From assembly GCF_037042905.1 (NCBI RefSeq), contig NC_087245.1, positions 20,028,001 through 20,092,000 on the forward strand: a stretch of DNA of 64,000 nt, in the 5' to 3' direction. Source of the stretch: Lytechinus pictus (lineage: Eukaryota). The translations under genes and the position numbers were made by a program. The notes under the pieces were generated by a model, which was given only the letters and a program-made list of their open reading frames with translations, did no database searches and was not told the origin of the DNA. The stretch's first letter is position 1; each line of letters begins with the position of its first letter. Shown one piece after another: positions 13,127 to 26,984 of the stretch.

Positions 13127-13670
13127 TTTACTGTATGGTTACAGTATCACAGTAATCTGAGTGACTTAGTCAAAATTTAACTTATCAATGAAAATTATAT
13201 ATCTTTTGCATATTTTGATCTAAAAATGCATTGACTAAAGGTGATTATTTAACATGCAATTTTTCTGTAACTCTGCATCACGTCTATATATATATATTAC
13301 AAAGACTCGACTGTAATTTCCCAAACACACACACATAATAACACTGCAAACCGGGTTGATTTATATTTCTGTTAAATTTTATCATTAGATTTGGCTTTGT
13401 CATTTTTGCTGTAATTTGGTCATTGAATTGATTTCAATATATGCGCAAGGAGTCATGTTTTCCATGAAGGTCCATGAAATGCTGTGTTCCTCCCGAATCC
13501 CATGAATTTCACATCATTTTCCGTATCACATAGAACCGGGATCTATCTTTTCTAAAGATATGTCAGGAACAACATGGCATTTTCCACCGCAGGGTCATGG
13601 TAACAATCCTCTTCAGTAGGGAACAATTCACCTCCACAGGGACAATTCCAAACCCATTCATTTCATCTAC

Positions 13671-13705
13671 CAAAACCTGTGAAAGAAATAAAGAATAAAT
13701 TGCTT
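13671..13705 (-). other. Strong 3' splice site followed directly by GT
   Basis: Minus strand TTTATTCTTTATTTCTTTCACAG|GTTTTG; the downstream sequence is closed in all three frames within ~115 nt. Confidence 0.4.
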
Positions 13706-14395
13706 AAATAAAACTATTTGATCATCTGAAATCCCACAGGATCCATTCTTGCGCCAAATGCTTCAGGCAAACTAAGATTTCTCAAATCCATACAATTTTA
13801 ATCAAGTTGGTGAAAATAGCAGAAACTTGCAAATCCATAAATCCATCTGTACACACATAGGGATTTAGGAAGGATTACATGCTGATCACTATATTCAACT
13901 TTTTTATGGCAAATTGTATGCAACAATTCTCAAATATATCTGGGATTGTCATATTTTGTTCTTAAAATCTGCAGAAAGATAAAGTGACCTACAAAAGTTG
14001 GTTGGTGACTTTTAATGAGCCAACAATGACTGATCAGACACAGACAAGCCCATGACCATAGGATTCTTTTAACTCACAAACAATATAGACAGACTCTGTT
14101 TCAGAAAGATGAAGAAGGTACTCCAATGTTACACTTATATCTTTGCCTTGACAGTGAGCAGGCTGTCTGCTAGGTATCAAATATTTGAATTTTTAAGTTG
14201 CGTCTTGGTTTAAAGATGGCTTTATACAATATAAAGAAGTGATTATTGAAGACAGGTGACAAAGAAAATCAAACACAGCTCAAGATTCTGTAAGATCTAT
14301 AAAACAATCAAGTTTTGTTGATGAAATCATCAACATTCATCTAAATCATCCTACCAATTTTGTCTTTGAGCAGATAAGATGAATATTACTAAGAT

Positions 14396-14664
14396 CAGGG
14401 CCCCGTCTTACAAAATGTTACGATTGATCCAATCAATCGTAACTCTATTGAAATCCATCAGTGTCATAATTTTTAAATTTGCAACAATGTCCTTTGTAAA
14501 CAAAGAGAAGCACACTGAATTTTAAAGAAAACAATGAATGCATGAATATACATCATAATTAGAAAATATTTTGAACAAACATGCATAATAGATGTTGACG
14601 TTGCTGGCCATCCATAGTTGTGATTGATTGGATCAATTGCAACTCTTTGTAAGATGGGGCCCAG
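14396..14664. mobile_element. MITE with C(A/T)GGG ends and 2-bp TSD
   Basis: ~50-bp TIRs cagggccccgtcttacaaa...gattgatccaatcaatc / gattgattggatcaattg...tttgtaagatggggcccag; AT on both flanks. Confidence 0.85.
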
Positions 14665-17600
14665 ATTTAGATCTTACCTTCAAGAAATTACATTACAGAC
14701 AGTTGTATTGTGGAATAACAGTTCAGATAAACATACATGTACAATAAAATAGTTCTGACAGTGAAATAGTCCTAAACGGAAACTTTTGGGACCCAAATAT
14801 TTTCATAATTTGACACACTAATGCTAGAGATATCTACAACCTTATATTTAGTTTGTGCGAAACCTGAGAACAATGCTCCATTGCAATAACCCGTTCACAA
14901 ACTCATTTCAAGGTCACATCATCCTACTTCACAACCGAACCTACAAGTATCATCAACGAACACGGTTGCGCATGCATGCCATGGCGCCGAGTCCACCCTG
15001 GGGCGAATATGAGGTGTTTGAATCTTAAGAGGGGGCACTGGGATCACTTCTTTGAACTTGGCTCCAAGCAATTCGGTCCTCTCAGTCTAGGTGAGCAGAG
15101 CTATAATGTATTGGCCCCTTTACAACATATTTAGACTCGAGCAGCAGTTTGCGTCAACACTTACACTTGGTAAAGCATCCTTTCATTTGCATACTAGTTT
15201 CTCAATGGGTCAATGATGGGTGATTCCTTATCCTATTTCCCAAAGCTTCCAACATCTTTTCTTGTTCTTCTATTTCCCTCCTTATCGTCCCCATGAATAC
15301 CCCATTCATTATCTCAATTTCATTCAACCATCAGGGGAACATCAAACCCTTACCCTTGAGCTTATATCTCATTCATCATCTCCAATGTATCTCTTTGATC
15401 CACCATGATATACATTACTCACAGAAGACGCAACTAGCCTCAAGTTTTCTTTGATAATGGCCTGTTTTTGCATGAACCCATTACCATTTATAAATAATTG
15501 TTGGGGTCATTATTCCAAAAATAAATCAATGATACTTGCATTTCGGTTACTGCATTCTCCTGCATATCTCCTTCATTCTCTTGCCATAATCAGAGTCATT
15601 TCCAGAGATTTATCTTTTTCTCCCTTGCTAAATGAAAATAACCTTGAATGTTCTCCTTTTTACTTCTTTGTTTTTCGACTGCAAACAAACTCTTATTTGG
15701 TTATTGTTGCTTGTTTATCAACCTATGTCATGTCTTTCACCTGCATCAGCCCCCTCCCAACCCCACCACCTACTTACCTACATTTTTATGCCCATCTTCT
15801 CTCCTGACTCCTCTCTCCCTTTCTCTTTCATTTACTCTCTCAATCTCTTTTCATCTCTCTCTCTCAATCACTGTGATTTTCTATTTCTTCTATCCTTCTA
15901 CTTGATTCCATCTTTCATCAATGTGGGCTTAGAGCAATCATGTAGATATATTGTGAAATGTTTGCACAACCCTAACACTGTGAGCTGCCAGGCAGGGACT
16001 CGGGCCCAAATGCATCGACTCCACGCATACATACCTTGCATGCCTTTCAAAATATGACATAATACAGGGCTTGAACATCACCAAACAACTGGAGATCAAT
16101 TCACATACAACGATTAATCCCCTGATCATAGTGTGAACATTAACAACAGCATTTCCAGAAGACCTGTTCAAATGACAATGGTTACAGTTAAATACCATTA
16201 TGCCGACTGCAATTCATTCACATTACGACAGGCCAGCCATTTTTAAGAGAAAAACCCCAGAACTGGATAGAGAGGCATTATATTCCTACTTTCAGATGTA
16301 ATGATTACTCCACCAATAATCATGTGAACACTGCCCTTCCAAAGTACATTAATAAACAGAGCATCCAAGGATTTGGAGTTTGGTCATTGCAAAACTAATG
16401 TAGGTGTGTTTATGCACATCTAGGCACAAACCTGACATCGTTTAAAATTACCATCATCAATCTTGCATGAGAGGATATCATTATGTGCCAACTTGAAATA
16501 ATAGAAATACAAATTAGGTGTTGACTCCCTGATATGAGGGTTTATACTGCAACACCAATCTATCTCTTGGTTCACAATCAACATACCCATGACCAAGGTG
16601 GTAGAGGGATTAGAACCTGTCAAAGGTTTCCATAGAACCATTGTTTCCCCTGACTGCAGTACAACACCATTTGTCCTTGATTCCTAAAGCATTCATTCAA
16701 TAGTTAAATTGCAGGAAAGCTGCTATCAATCCAAATGTTATCAATCAAATGTCATTCTAGCCATCTGCATCGCTTTTAGAAAGCCAAGCACCGTCAACAA
16801 GGCTTCAAAAGGGCTAACAAAGTGATGGGCATTTGATCTCGTACAAGATGAAAGGCAAATTTAGCAAAGTGCACTATTCATTTCTCCTCGCGCTTATGGT
16901 CAGCGAAACGTTTCATTGTATAGACCACATCCTATGCTTGAGATTGTATAACAATAACGTAAAGTTAATGACAGTATGGGCTCTGAAATCATGATAATAA
17001 TAAAAGAGAGTTAGAAATGCATATGCAAATGTTGAGGATTTGAGGTCAATGATTCAAACTTAGTTTTCTACCTGAATGCAGATACATGTAAACTTGTAGC
17101 CAAAGTTCCCATAAAATTATCACTTGCCAAAACATTAATTCTACAATAGTCTTTACAAATGTTTGTGCAAGCAATGTGAATTGGTATATGATTCATATTT
17201 TTATTCAATCCCTTTTAAACAACTAGATACTCACTTTAGAACAACAACTTCTCATTCCAATGTAGAATTAGGTGGTGATGAAAGAATTTCTTAATTTCAG
17301 TGCATTCACATCTTAAGTAGATAGCTATATGAATTTGATCTCATTGCTAAGGTCTTTAGTTTCTATAAATACCACACCAATTACTATCTATGCATACTTC
17401 TGAATTATTTCAATTCATGATAATATGCAATGTCTTTTTACAGGTTCATAATGGTTTTATTGTGAATATCTATTCACAAACAGGCTATTTATATTCAGAT
17501 TTTGAATAATAACAAGACTAAAATGACTAAAAAATTAAATCTGGAACCCCTTCCAAAAAATTGTGATTTTTTGAGAGGGCTCCATGCTAACAATGAGAGC

Positions 17601-19148
17601 ATTCTGCTTTTGTATCTGTTCTTCAATGTAAAACAAAACAAAAATGCCTACTCCTCAGCCTCATTGTTTTTCCTACGAACCACCTTAAATTCATGTGAAG
17701 ATACATAGAGGAAAGAAAATATTGAATGACCTACAAATTCTTGAAGATGGCCACAAGAGTCTGGACATTTGAAACATCCTATGCATTTTCATTGTGATTT
17801 CTCTTCCAAGAAAGAGAAATCCCATAAAGAGGAGCTCCATCCCTTTCTGACTGCTAAAAGGATGTTAAACCAGACTGTAACATGGAGTTAACCCCCTTCT
17901 AGCTGTGAATGGTCCTTATTCTCTTTGCAGAGTCCTACATTCTACACCTCCTGCCTCAGAACCTCACTAATGCATAAGGCATTGTTTGGAGAGAGGCAAA
18001 AAGGGGTCTCTCGGGTACCTTCACGCAAACCGCTTTGCTTTTGAAGGACAACTTCATGTTTTCCCCTTGATTTAAAAGCCTTTTCCTTCCTATTTTTATC
18101 TATCTGGCTAGTCAACAAACCATGCCACACTTCCCTTTGGCACATTTTATCTTCCACCAAAATATATAATTTCCCTAAAATGTTTCACCTCAGTACTTTA
18201 AAGTTGCAATAATGTATTCCAAAACATCTGTGACCTTTGCAGGAGTGGGGTAATTTTGATTCTGCAACAAGTCAAACGGCAAAATATATTCTTATTCATT
18301 TTGTATTTTTCATTCCAGACATCGCTAGTATGCATCACAGGCTGGCATATTTCTATGACTTATGCAATGCAGGTAAATCACAAAAATCAATCAAGATTCC
18401 AAAAATGTCATTTAATAAAAAATAAAAATAAAATAAACACTTTTTTCTTCATCAGGTGAAAGACAGGAAAAGTAAATGACAAATGATCCAACCCGAGGAA
18501 TATAATCCCAATACAAATATTCTATGCAATGTACATCAGTCAACATTACAAAAAATATCACTTTTCCCCTAAAATGCAATGACTGATAACAACTTGCAAT
18601 AGTTTTTTTTTTTTAATTTGGTTGGGGAGGGTGCACCATCAATCTTTGTTTCTTCAGTTTATTTTTATTAAGCCTTAACCCATATTTTGTTATTATTTCT
18701 ATTTGTAAAAATGACAATACATCTATGATTTGGGAGCAGAATTTTTGTCATTTGTGCCTGATTACCTTTCCCTCTTTCAGCATGCAATGTTCTGTATAGT
18801 TTCTAAATCATATCTAAAACTGAATAAAGAATACTTCCCTCAAGAATTCATATCCCATGGACTACCGTATGAAACACTGTATAGGTGTTTCTCCATCATC
18901 CCTAGTTGCTGAATCTTGAGGGTTTATCTGCGATCAGCCGTATTTGAGGATATTTTAAAACCCTATCTGCATTGGCCTGTCCATTTTTAACTTTACTGAT
19001 GTTTATTTCACACATTTTTTAAACAAATTTCTGTCATTGTTCTTGTTGCTCAGTTGATACTGATGATTGTTATTATGAATTGGTGTAACTGAAAATCAAT
19101 AACACACAAAATATTGGGTGTTACCAAGCATTGGCACCTGGCACTCAG

Positions 19149-19445
19149 GGTGAATAGACATCCCGGATTTCAAGGGACAGTACCGCATTTCCAGCAATTT
19201 GTTCCACGTCCCATACAAACCTGCCTAGAATGCTGTTTTGTCACATATTTCATGGTTTTGAAGAAATTTATGTGAGAATATTAAAGCATTACATTTTTTC
19301 TCATATGCATAGCAGGAAAATTGAAAAAATGATGAAATGTTATATTGTTTTATGGATATTATGTCAAATCTAGCACAAAATTTGAGATTTGCACAGAAAA
19401 GGGACAAATTTTCTCTCTCTTGCTCCACTCGCTCGCAGCTTTTTT
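19149..19445. mobile_element. Decayed hAT-like element fragment
   Basis: Starts cagggtgaatagacatcccggattttcaagggacagt, resembling hAT-type termini; no matching right end found. Confidence 0.3.
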
Positions 19446-19493
19446 TACACTAATGACCTGACCTCGAAGTGTAAAGGATTTTGACTTTCCACA

Positions 19494-19580
19494 TCTGGGG
19501 TCCATTTCATAAAACTTGTTACAATCACAAATAATAACAATTTAAAGCTACTGAAATCCTTCAATTAGACTGGCTGATTG
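19494..19580. mobile_element. Left end of a CTGGG-type MITE (truncated)
   Basis: at|ctggggtccatttcataaaacttg resembles the termini at 14396, 25057 and 50189. Confidence 0.4.
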
Positions 19581-21151
19581 TGAAGTTGAACATACAATGG
19601 TATGGTACCATGCATGAATGACCCTGAGCCAAAACTCAAGTGCATCTTCACTTGTGAATTAGATGGATAATTTGTATTAAAAAAAAAAGAACATTATTTG
19701 GCAAAATAAGTCCAAATCTGACTCACATCTCCACTAATGATCTTGTATTAGCCATATACAAAATTTAAAACGGATCTTCCACAGGCAAAGAGACTGTTTA
19801 TATAGTATTATGCATCTCTAAGAACTATTATCATTTCATTATATCTGGAGATTGTTCTGACTGGGATAAAATCATGGAATAATTTGAAAACTTGGTCTGA
19901 TGGGGATGTGCCATAATTATGATAAACTGATAAAAAAGACTCCTGACTTATCCTGTAACACAAATCATTCTAAGATTTGTAAAATCCAAAACGGTGATTC
20001 TCTCTCTCTCTCAAAAGTCCCCTGTGATTACTGTAACATGGGCTTTAATGGCTCTCTGATTTAACTAGAAAAACAACATCAGTCATTCCATAAAGATGTT
20101 GAGACCCAAGTATCATTCATATTTTCTTTATATGCCCATTCATTGCTCCAGAGTTCATTGAAAAGAGTTCATTTACATTTGAAGATTGTATAATGTTGGT
20201 CAAAAGTCAATCGTAAAGAAGACAAAAACACAACATCACAAATGTAAAGAGTACAATATATAACTATTTTTTAAAATCTGAATTCTAAGAGAAATATAAA
20301 GAAACAAATATGGATTGAATACCAATGATTTTTTCCTTTATTAAAGGTACCATATAAGAAAATTACACACATGTTGAATTAGATTCTGAAGCATGAATTT
20401 CAAGTCTTAATTAATTTTTGGAATTATGAATTTCAAAAGAATCATAAAACTATATCAACTTCTTACTAAATTGAATACAGCAACACAACAATAACAACTC
20501 AGAATTTAGATGTCAGAATTTTCCCCCCAAATAAGAAAAGTCCCCTTATTTTACCTTAAAGATAAATCTGCATAACATCTCATGATACATATCACGAAAG
20601 TAAATTCAAAACAACTTAATCCAATTTCTAAAACCCAATTCTTGCTTTATTTCCCAATAGACACATATGAAATCATTATACAAACCTCAATACTGGACGA
20701 CCAAAAAAGGCAAACATTTTGTGGTTTGGCTTGCCAACATTTGGTGAATACTCCAAAGCGATCGATAATCAATATGATTAATTTTTGAGGCACAATTTTG
20801 GTCAATTTCACATGGGGTTTACGAAGGGGGGTAGTAAAACAAATAAAATTAAAATGGATTAAAAGGAGATACATTTTTAAAGAAAAAGATGACATGTCAT
20901 GTGGAAAAGTTAGTTAGAGAACATTAAAGTAGAAAGAAAAGACAGGAAAAGAGCTAAACAAGTTAAAAGGACCAACGAGTGGGTTTGTCAGAATAACGCT
21001 TTAAAGTAGGGCAGGAGAGGTGGTCTTGAATGATTTCTAAGAACCTTTTACCTTCCTAATTAAAAGTTAGACTCACTGTGGAACAAATAAATTGTAGTGA
21101 AAAAAGAAAGCAAATTAGCAAGGCAACAATAGTCAAAACTGACAAGTTTAC

Positions 21152-21180
21152 CTATTTATAATAACTACAAAGACATGGGG
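21152..21180 (-). other. Candidate 29-nt microexon
   Basis: ~115-nt AG-free pyrimidine-rich tract, ttcatttaattag|CCCCATGTCTTTGTAGTTATTATAAATAG|gtaaac; open only in phase 0 (PHVFVVIIN). Confidence 0.2.
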
Positions 21181-21451
21181 CTAATTAAATGAAAGTGAGA
21201 GGAAGGTATGAAAAAAGAAAGAATGGAGAGAGACAAGGGGTGAAGTGTAAGGCAAACATGACAACAATGATGAAAGCACACATAGTTAAATTTCAACTAG
21301 TTTTATGTCCAAACATTATGTGATCATTAATGTTTTTATTTATGGTCACAATCACACATTTCAATTTTCCTATCACTGCACATTTGTAAACAATGACAGA
21401 AAATTGTGTCCACTGATCCAGAATTATAAACACACACCTAACATCCATCCT

Positions 21452-21473
21452 CACACACACACACACACACACA
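21452..21473. repeat. (CA)n microsatellite
   Basis: cacacacac acacacacac aca. Confidence 0.9.
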
Positions 21474-22583
21474 ATCTTCTTAATCTGAAGAAATATAACC
21501 TTTCTTACATGGTGAATCAACAAAAAAATAATCTATTTAATTATGTAAGCTGTAAAGTGACAAGTTGACTCTCGTATGAGAAGTAGAGCAACACCTCCAC
21601 ATATCGGTATGTTGGTTACCGACATAAATTTTTAATCAACTGTGGTGTTTCACATGACTTTTTCATATCACTCACATTATGCATTTTTCTTTTTGTAGCC
21701 TGCGTCACTGAAATGAGATCTGAAATACGACATGATGAGCATTACATATCAGTTATTGAAAATAATTGATAAAAAGAAAAGTGAGCATTATTGTTGATCA
21801 TTTATCTATATATTTAATCATTAATAGATAATGTTCATACATATTTTATTCATGCATACAATTATATATGACAAATATATCCATGCTTTCAATCATTTTT
21901 AAAATATCTTCATTTACTCAATTATATGTCTTCATTTTTTTTTAAATAATTTTTTTAAGATCTTTCAAATTATTGTTTTTAATTCAATATCCATTTTACT
22001 TGGATGGTTTTATTAAACATATTTAATAAATTAAACTACATCTCTTTACAGTAACATGCAATATGAAAGAACTGAATTGCCATTTACAGTATAACACTTC
22101 ACATGTGAAGAATTTGCTGAAAATCCTTATCATTAAATAAGTATAATTTTTTTATTAATCCTGTTATTTATGGTTATGACTTTGACATTTACAGTAAAGC
22201 ACTATGCGCTTACATCACTTGGAAGCTATTCTTCATCGTACATGGAGAATATGTGCAAGAAAATTTTGCCAAATGTGGAGAGTTCTGTGATGAACAAAGT
22301 GCATCTGAGACTGAAATTAGTTTCTCTGACACAAAGAATAGAACACAATCTCAAAGATCTTTCTCTCTGACACCGACAAAATTCCATGATCAATAATCTA
22401 AGAATGGTAAGGAAAAATTCTAATTCAATGAACTCGGTATACATGAATCATAATTGTGTTTAGAACGTTCACTCTAATTCAAGAAAATCAGAACCCAAGC
22501 TCATCTATCTGAAACAACTGGTTTCAACCAATATCGCATTTGTTGATGCTCTGTTGGTTTGACGGCCGGGCTACAACGGCCAC

Positions 22584-22598
22584 CTGCCATGTCGAGCC
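22584..22598 (-). other. Candidate 15-nt microexon, or start of a longer exon
   Basis: ttcttttttgtgtcacacgttgattcttctgcag|GGCTCGACATGGCAG|gtggcc; good acceptor, weak donor, frame-preserving. Confidence 0.25.
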
Positions 22599-23918
22599 CT
22601 GCAGAAGAATCAACGTGTGACACAAAAAAGAACTGACATGAAGCCATGCCGCACATTCTTATTCCGAATTTCCTGAATTTCATACATATTTGTCCAACGG
22701 CCAGATTTACAATATTCATAGATTTTCTGGGGAGGAAGAAAACTTCAAAATTGTGAAATAAACACTTGTTTTCTCTTCTAGCCTGTTGAGACTTGCCTCC
22801 AAAAAGTGAAAAGACACTGACAACACATTGAATGTTTGCCTATGAAAAATTTACATTTGGATTTTACAGCCGAATTATATTCAGCATTCAGCGTCTTCAC
22901 GAGACAAGTATAAAGACTGGTTGAAATGAATGCAAGTGGCAAATTGGTATGACACTAAGATATTACAGTCCAAGCAACTTAATATGTCTTTGATATCAGC
23001 AAGGCATATCCAGATCCATTTCGCTCGAATAGAAATTGTCTTGATTTGGAATTTATAATTGACTATCATAATTATGTCTTATAATCATTTTAACTCTCAA
23101 AATTAGTTTCAAAATACTAATTCCAACCCCTCCAACTATTATATTCATCGTAAAATTTCATGTTATATAACCTAAATATTAATGTGATTTACACAAAACA
23201 TAATAAAAAATATACTGGTAAGATAAGAAGATAAATCAAGAAAGTTATCAATAAAGCATACAACTGGTCTTAATGCTGAAAGTGACAAAGGCTTTTTTTT
23301 TTTCATGTTTTCCAGGGATATAGTTAAAGTGTACCTGTTAATTGAGAGGGTTCTATTTATAGCAAGATAGGCCTCGAAGTGAACATTGCCAAAATACAAA
23401 GTAACCAAATCCAATCTTATTAGTACATGTTTCACTTAATTTCATTACAATCACAAGATAAGTCCACACACAACAAAAGTTTTAAGAACAGAAATTGTGA
23501 TTTTCTTTTCTTTCGTAAATAATACTCCACAATAATGGGAAAGACCTGATTTTGATAAGAATCCATACAATGAAAAATGATTGCTTTATAAATGTTTGTC
23601 CTATATTTCCTCATAAGAAAATGAATTATCATGAATAGGACAAGAGTATTCTCTTTCTGGGTTTGGTAGTCATACAATCGCCCCACTGATGTTATCAGAC
23701 AGTGCCGCAAGCAGGAGGCTTTTAAATCATATTTGTATTTAAGCTATTGAGTCAACACTAGACATAGAATCTTGGGACCACGATAAAAAATTTCATGGAC
23801 AAGAAAGGAGAAAGAAGGAAATATAGAAGGAAAAGGGATCTTAAATATGAAACACAAAAATATCACTCCCTGTTATAAATCTAGTTACGAGCTGGTCTGC
23901 GTTCTCATTTCTTGTTAC

Positions 23919-23980
23919 CGACTGGAAACCGCTGCAGGGCGTTTACGGAGCATTGTTGATATACAGCGAGTGGGCGACAT
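23919..23980 (-). CDS. Possible short alternative first coding exon
   Basis: ATG...MSPTRCISTMLRKRPAAVSS, then CG|GTAACA (phase 2), in a CpG-richer island. Confidence 0.15.
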
Positions 23981-24339
23981 AGGAGCTTCGTTTCGGAAAT
24001 GAAAATGTGCTACAGAGATGGGTAAACCGCACAACACATTAACATGTTCATTGCCACATTTATTTTGGTATACTGAACTAAACTGCATACAGAAGATGGC
24101 AAACAAAAAATAAGCTTGTTCCGATTTTCCCCTTCAATGATTTACATATTTGTTTGTCAGACGTATTAAATAGGAGATGAATATGGACTTGGATCAGATT
24201 CTATAAAATAGAAATGGTTATGTTTATCTTTTACCATTAAAATATTGATCAATTTAACTTTATATAGCCTACTATATACAGCAAAGGATTGAGTAATGTT
24301 ATGTGAGCTCAACACTTCATATTCATTTCCAAGCTCAAA

Positions 24340-24505
24340 TCAGCCTATTACATCAGCTTTTGCATTATACCATGAACTCAGTTCACACCTGGATGGGGAG
24401 TGCATGTTGACCAATATCTTGTCAAATGACACTGGGACTGTGGTGGGATTTGAACACAGGACCCTGTGATTATAGACAAGACTCTGAACCACTACACCAC
24501 AAGGA
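24340..24505 (-). mobile_element. tRNA-derived SINE (decayed)
   Basis: A box TGGTGTAGTGG (24499-24489), B box GTTCAAATCC (24455-24446), then a core-like segment tttgacaagatatt...ctccccatccaggtgtgaactgagt. Confidence 0.75.
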
Positions 24506-25056
24506 ATAGGGTAAATATAAATATTTACACACGTATACTGCAAGAGAAATTTGCAATCTACAAGTAAATAACTAATGACAATAAACAAGTTTCTTGCAGC
24601 AACTTTGAAGTGAACAAAAATTCAGAAATGGTATCACGATTTTAAGGATGAATTCAGAATTCAAAAAAAAAATCAAAACTACCCTCGCAAAAAAGAGAGA
24701 AAAATTGCACGAGGAAGGCATGACAGAATGGGAAATATTATAATTTAAAATGCAGAGTGATCAAATATTAATTAAATACATGCACATGTTGTAAAAATTA
24801 TAGCCAGTGCTGGAGCACAGAGAATATTCTATTGAATTATCTGGCTTCAAAATAAAAATATATGAGCGAGACCTATCAATAATCTATTTCTGACTTTTGA
24901 CCTACGCTCAAGAATTTAACCCCTAGCTTCCTGCCATATTATAGCCTTACAGGTTTTGGGATAAAGATTGCCTATTTCTCATAGGTTTTTCATGTAAATA
25001 CACATCAATGATCTACATTTAAAGCTGTCCATGTTAGCAAGGAATGTATAATAGAC

Positions 25057-25272
25057 CTGGGGGTGTTTCACAAAGATTTAAGTATGACTTAGAGTCGCAC
25101 TTGAATGTCTAGTTGTGCGCAGTATAAAAGGCATGGCCGCATTGGTCAGATCATGCCAAGAGGACGCGCACTACTGCATATTGATCAATAAGATTGTACA
25201 TTGCATATCATGTACGCGTCGTCTTTTAAGTGCGACTTAAGTCATACTTAAATCTTTGTGAAACACCCCCTG
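25057..25272. mobile_element. Hairpin MITE with C(T/A)GGG ends
   Basis: ~45-bp TIRs gggggtgtttcacaaagatttaagtatgacttagagtcgcactt / aagtgcgacttaagtcatacttaaatctttgtgaaacaccccc. Confidence 0.9.
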
Positions 25273-26984
25273 GCCTAATTTCATTTCTCATTTGCTTATT
25301 ATTCATCTGGATCATGAAAAAGCATCTTAGCTTTGTCCTTGCTTGGCTACTGATTGTTGCTGAAAAATAATGAACTGGATTTGAGGTGTTATACCATAGC
25401 ATTTATAGAAAGTATCATGCTTGTAATAGAACACATTTGAACCCTTCTAAAGAAGTACATTTCTCAGCTATGCTGTACACACCTTTACCTCAAACATTGC
25501 TCGATCATGCAAAATACACCGTCCAGTGAAACTGCAAAGAACTAGATTTGAAATGCTAATACATAAGCTTCTCCAGCATCCTATAAAAGTTAAGCCATTA
25601 TAGTATAGAGAAAAGCAAAGGAGAGCAATCTTCATTTTATGATTTTGTGGAGATTCGCTTACAGGAATATAAACCTCTTCTCATTTCCATTTCATCAATG
25701 AAACTGAAAAACTTTTAAAAATTAATCATGCATGAAAAAGGTTATTTTTTCAAGTTTATGATATTAAAGGACAATATTCATTCTCTTTTATATATAGGTG
25801 AGAGTTTATTTCAACCTTTCTCACATTCGTCCTAGTTAAAAATGCAGATGTCTTGTGGAATAAAATAAGTCTAAACGGCATACTGATAGGAATTAATTAC
25901 AGTTGCAATTGATAAATTTGAGTAATTAGTGATCCACTCCCAAATCTGCAAATTTAATAAGCATAGTTACCTCTGATTCATATAGCATTCGAGCAAAAAA
26001 AATGATACAAAGCTTTCTCACATGGTCTCTTATTTTTCTGCCTAATAAAAAGCGGGCTGCCCTTATTAAACCCAAGCCAAGAACATGGACTGTGGATGTT
26101 GATTTGGAATCATTCAGAAGATATCAAAAGCAAAAATTCAATCTTACAAAAATTGAAAATAAAGAGGATAGGACTTTGCCTTTAAAAGTTTAACTTACAA
26201 ACCACACACATTACAATCTCTACAAGTATCTCCTTAATCGGATAAAAACACAGGATAAAATCTCTGTGGTTGTCCAATAAATTGAAAAGGACTGTTCTCC
26301 AAGATGAGAATCATATCTCAGCGTGCCTTATCAACCCAATGTCTAGCATGTCACTGGGCTCAATATAGCATAAATATGGTTTTTCATAACATATTTGTTT
26401 CATGTTAATACATCTTTTCCTTGCTATGAACAGCTCTAGGGTACACATCTTTAGCCTCAATTCAGTCACCAATGCTTATGCCTATGAGCACCAAGTAGCA
26501 AATCCATTAAAAAAATCACACAAAATGGCATCTTCAAAACTTCAATTTAAATATAACTTCCACATTCAATTTAGTCTCAAGTCTAGATGAAAAATAGAAT
26601 CTAAAATTAAAAAATTACTTCTATTACTGGTAACACAATGTGTCTGAATCTAGTCTATGCCTTCCCCTCAAAGGCTCCGATTTCTTTTTCCTTTCTTTTT
26701 TGTTGTTGATGTTGTTAGGTCCTGGTCCATCCCACACAGCTGGAGCTTAACAGCGGGTCCTAGTTTGTATATGCCTGCCACTTTCAATAATTCTCCCCAT
26801 GTCAAGACGCACCCCCTTCAAACCTGTATCCTGCTGAGTTATGCTATATAAGCGGAATGTACCCAGTCTTTCAGCCCGCATTTTTTAAAGCCTTTCTCGT
26901 TCTTCGTCCTAGCTTTCTGTAGTTTGTTCTCCCCTCGTGTTAAGAATCTCCACCCTTCTTTTGCACTTTCCGTCTATCTATATA

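Noticed and set aside
15451..16057. Hydrophobic ORFs resembling membrane proteins
   Set aside because: Arise from CT-rich low-complexity DNA, as at 1841-2153, 28190-28636 and 60876-61615
17942..18160. 72-aa minus-strand ORF as an exon
   Set aside because: No convincing acceptor or donor and no recognisable domain
20753..20952. ~200-nt AG-free zone on the minus strand
   Set aside because: Ends in GGAG with no acceptor context; shows that such zones can occur by chance
24430..24505. tRNA gene
   Set aside because: Only A/B boxes, no acceptor-stem pairing, continues into a SINE body; the same applies to 47620-47695
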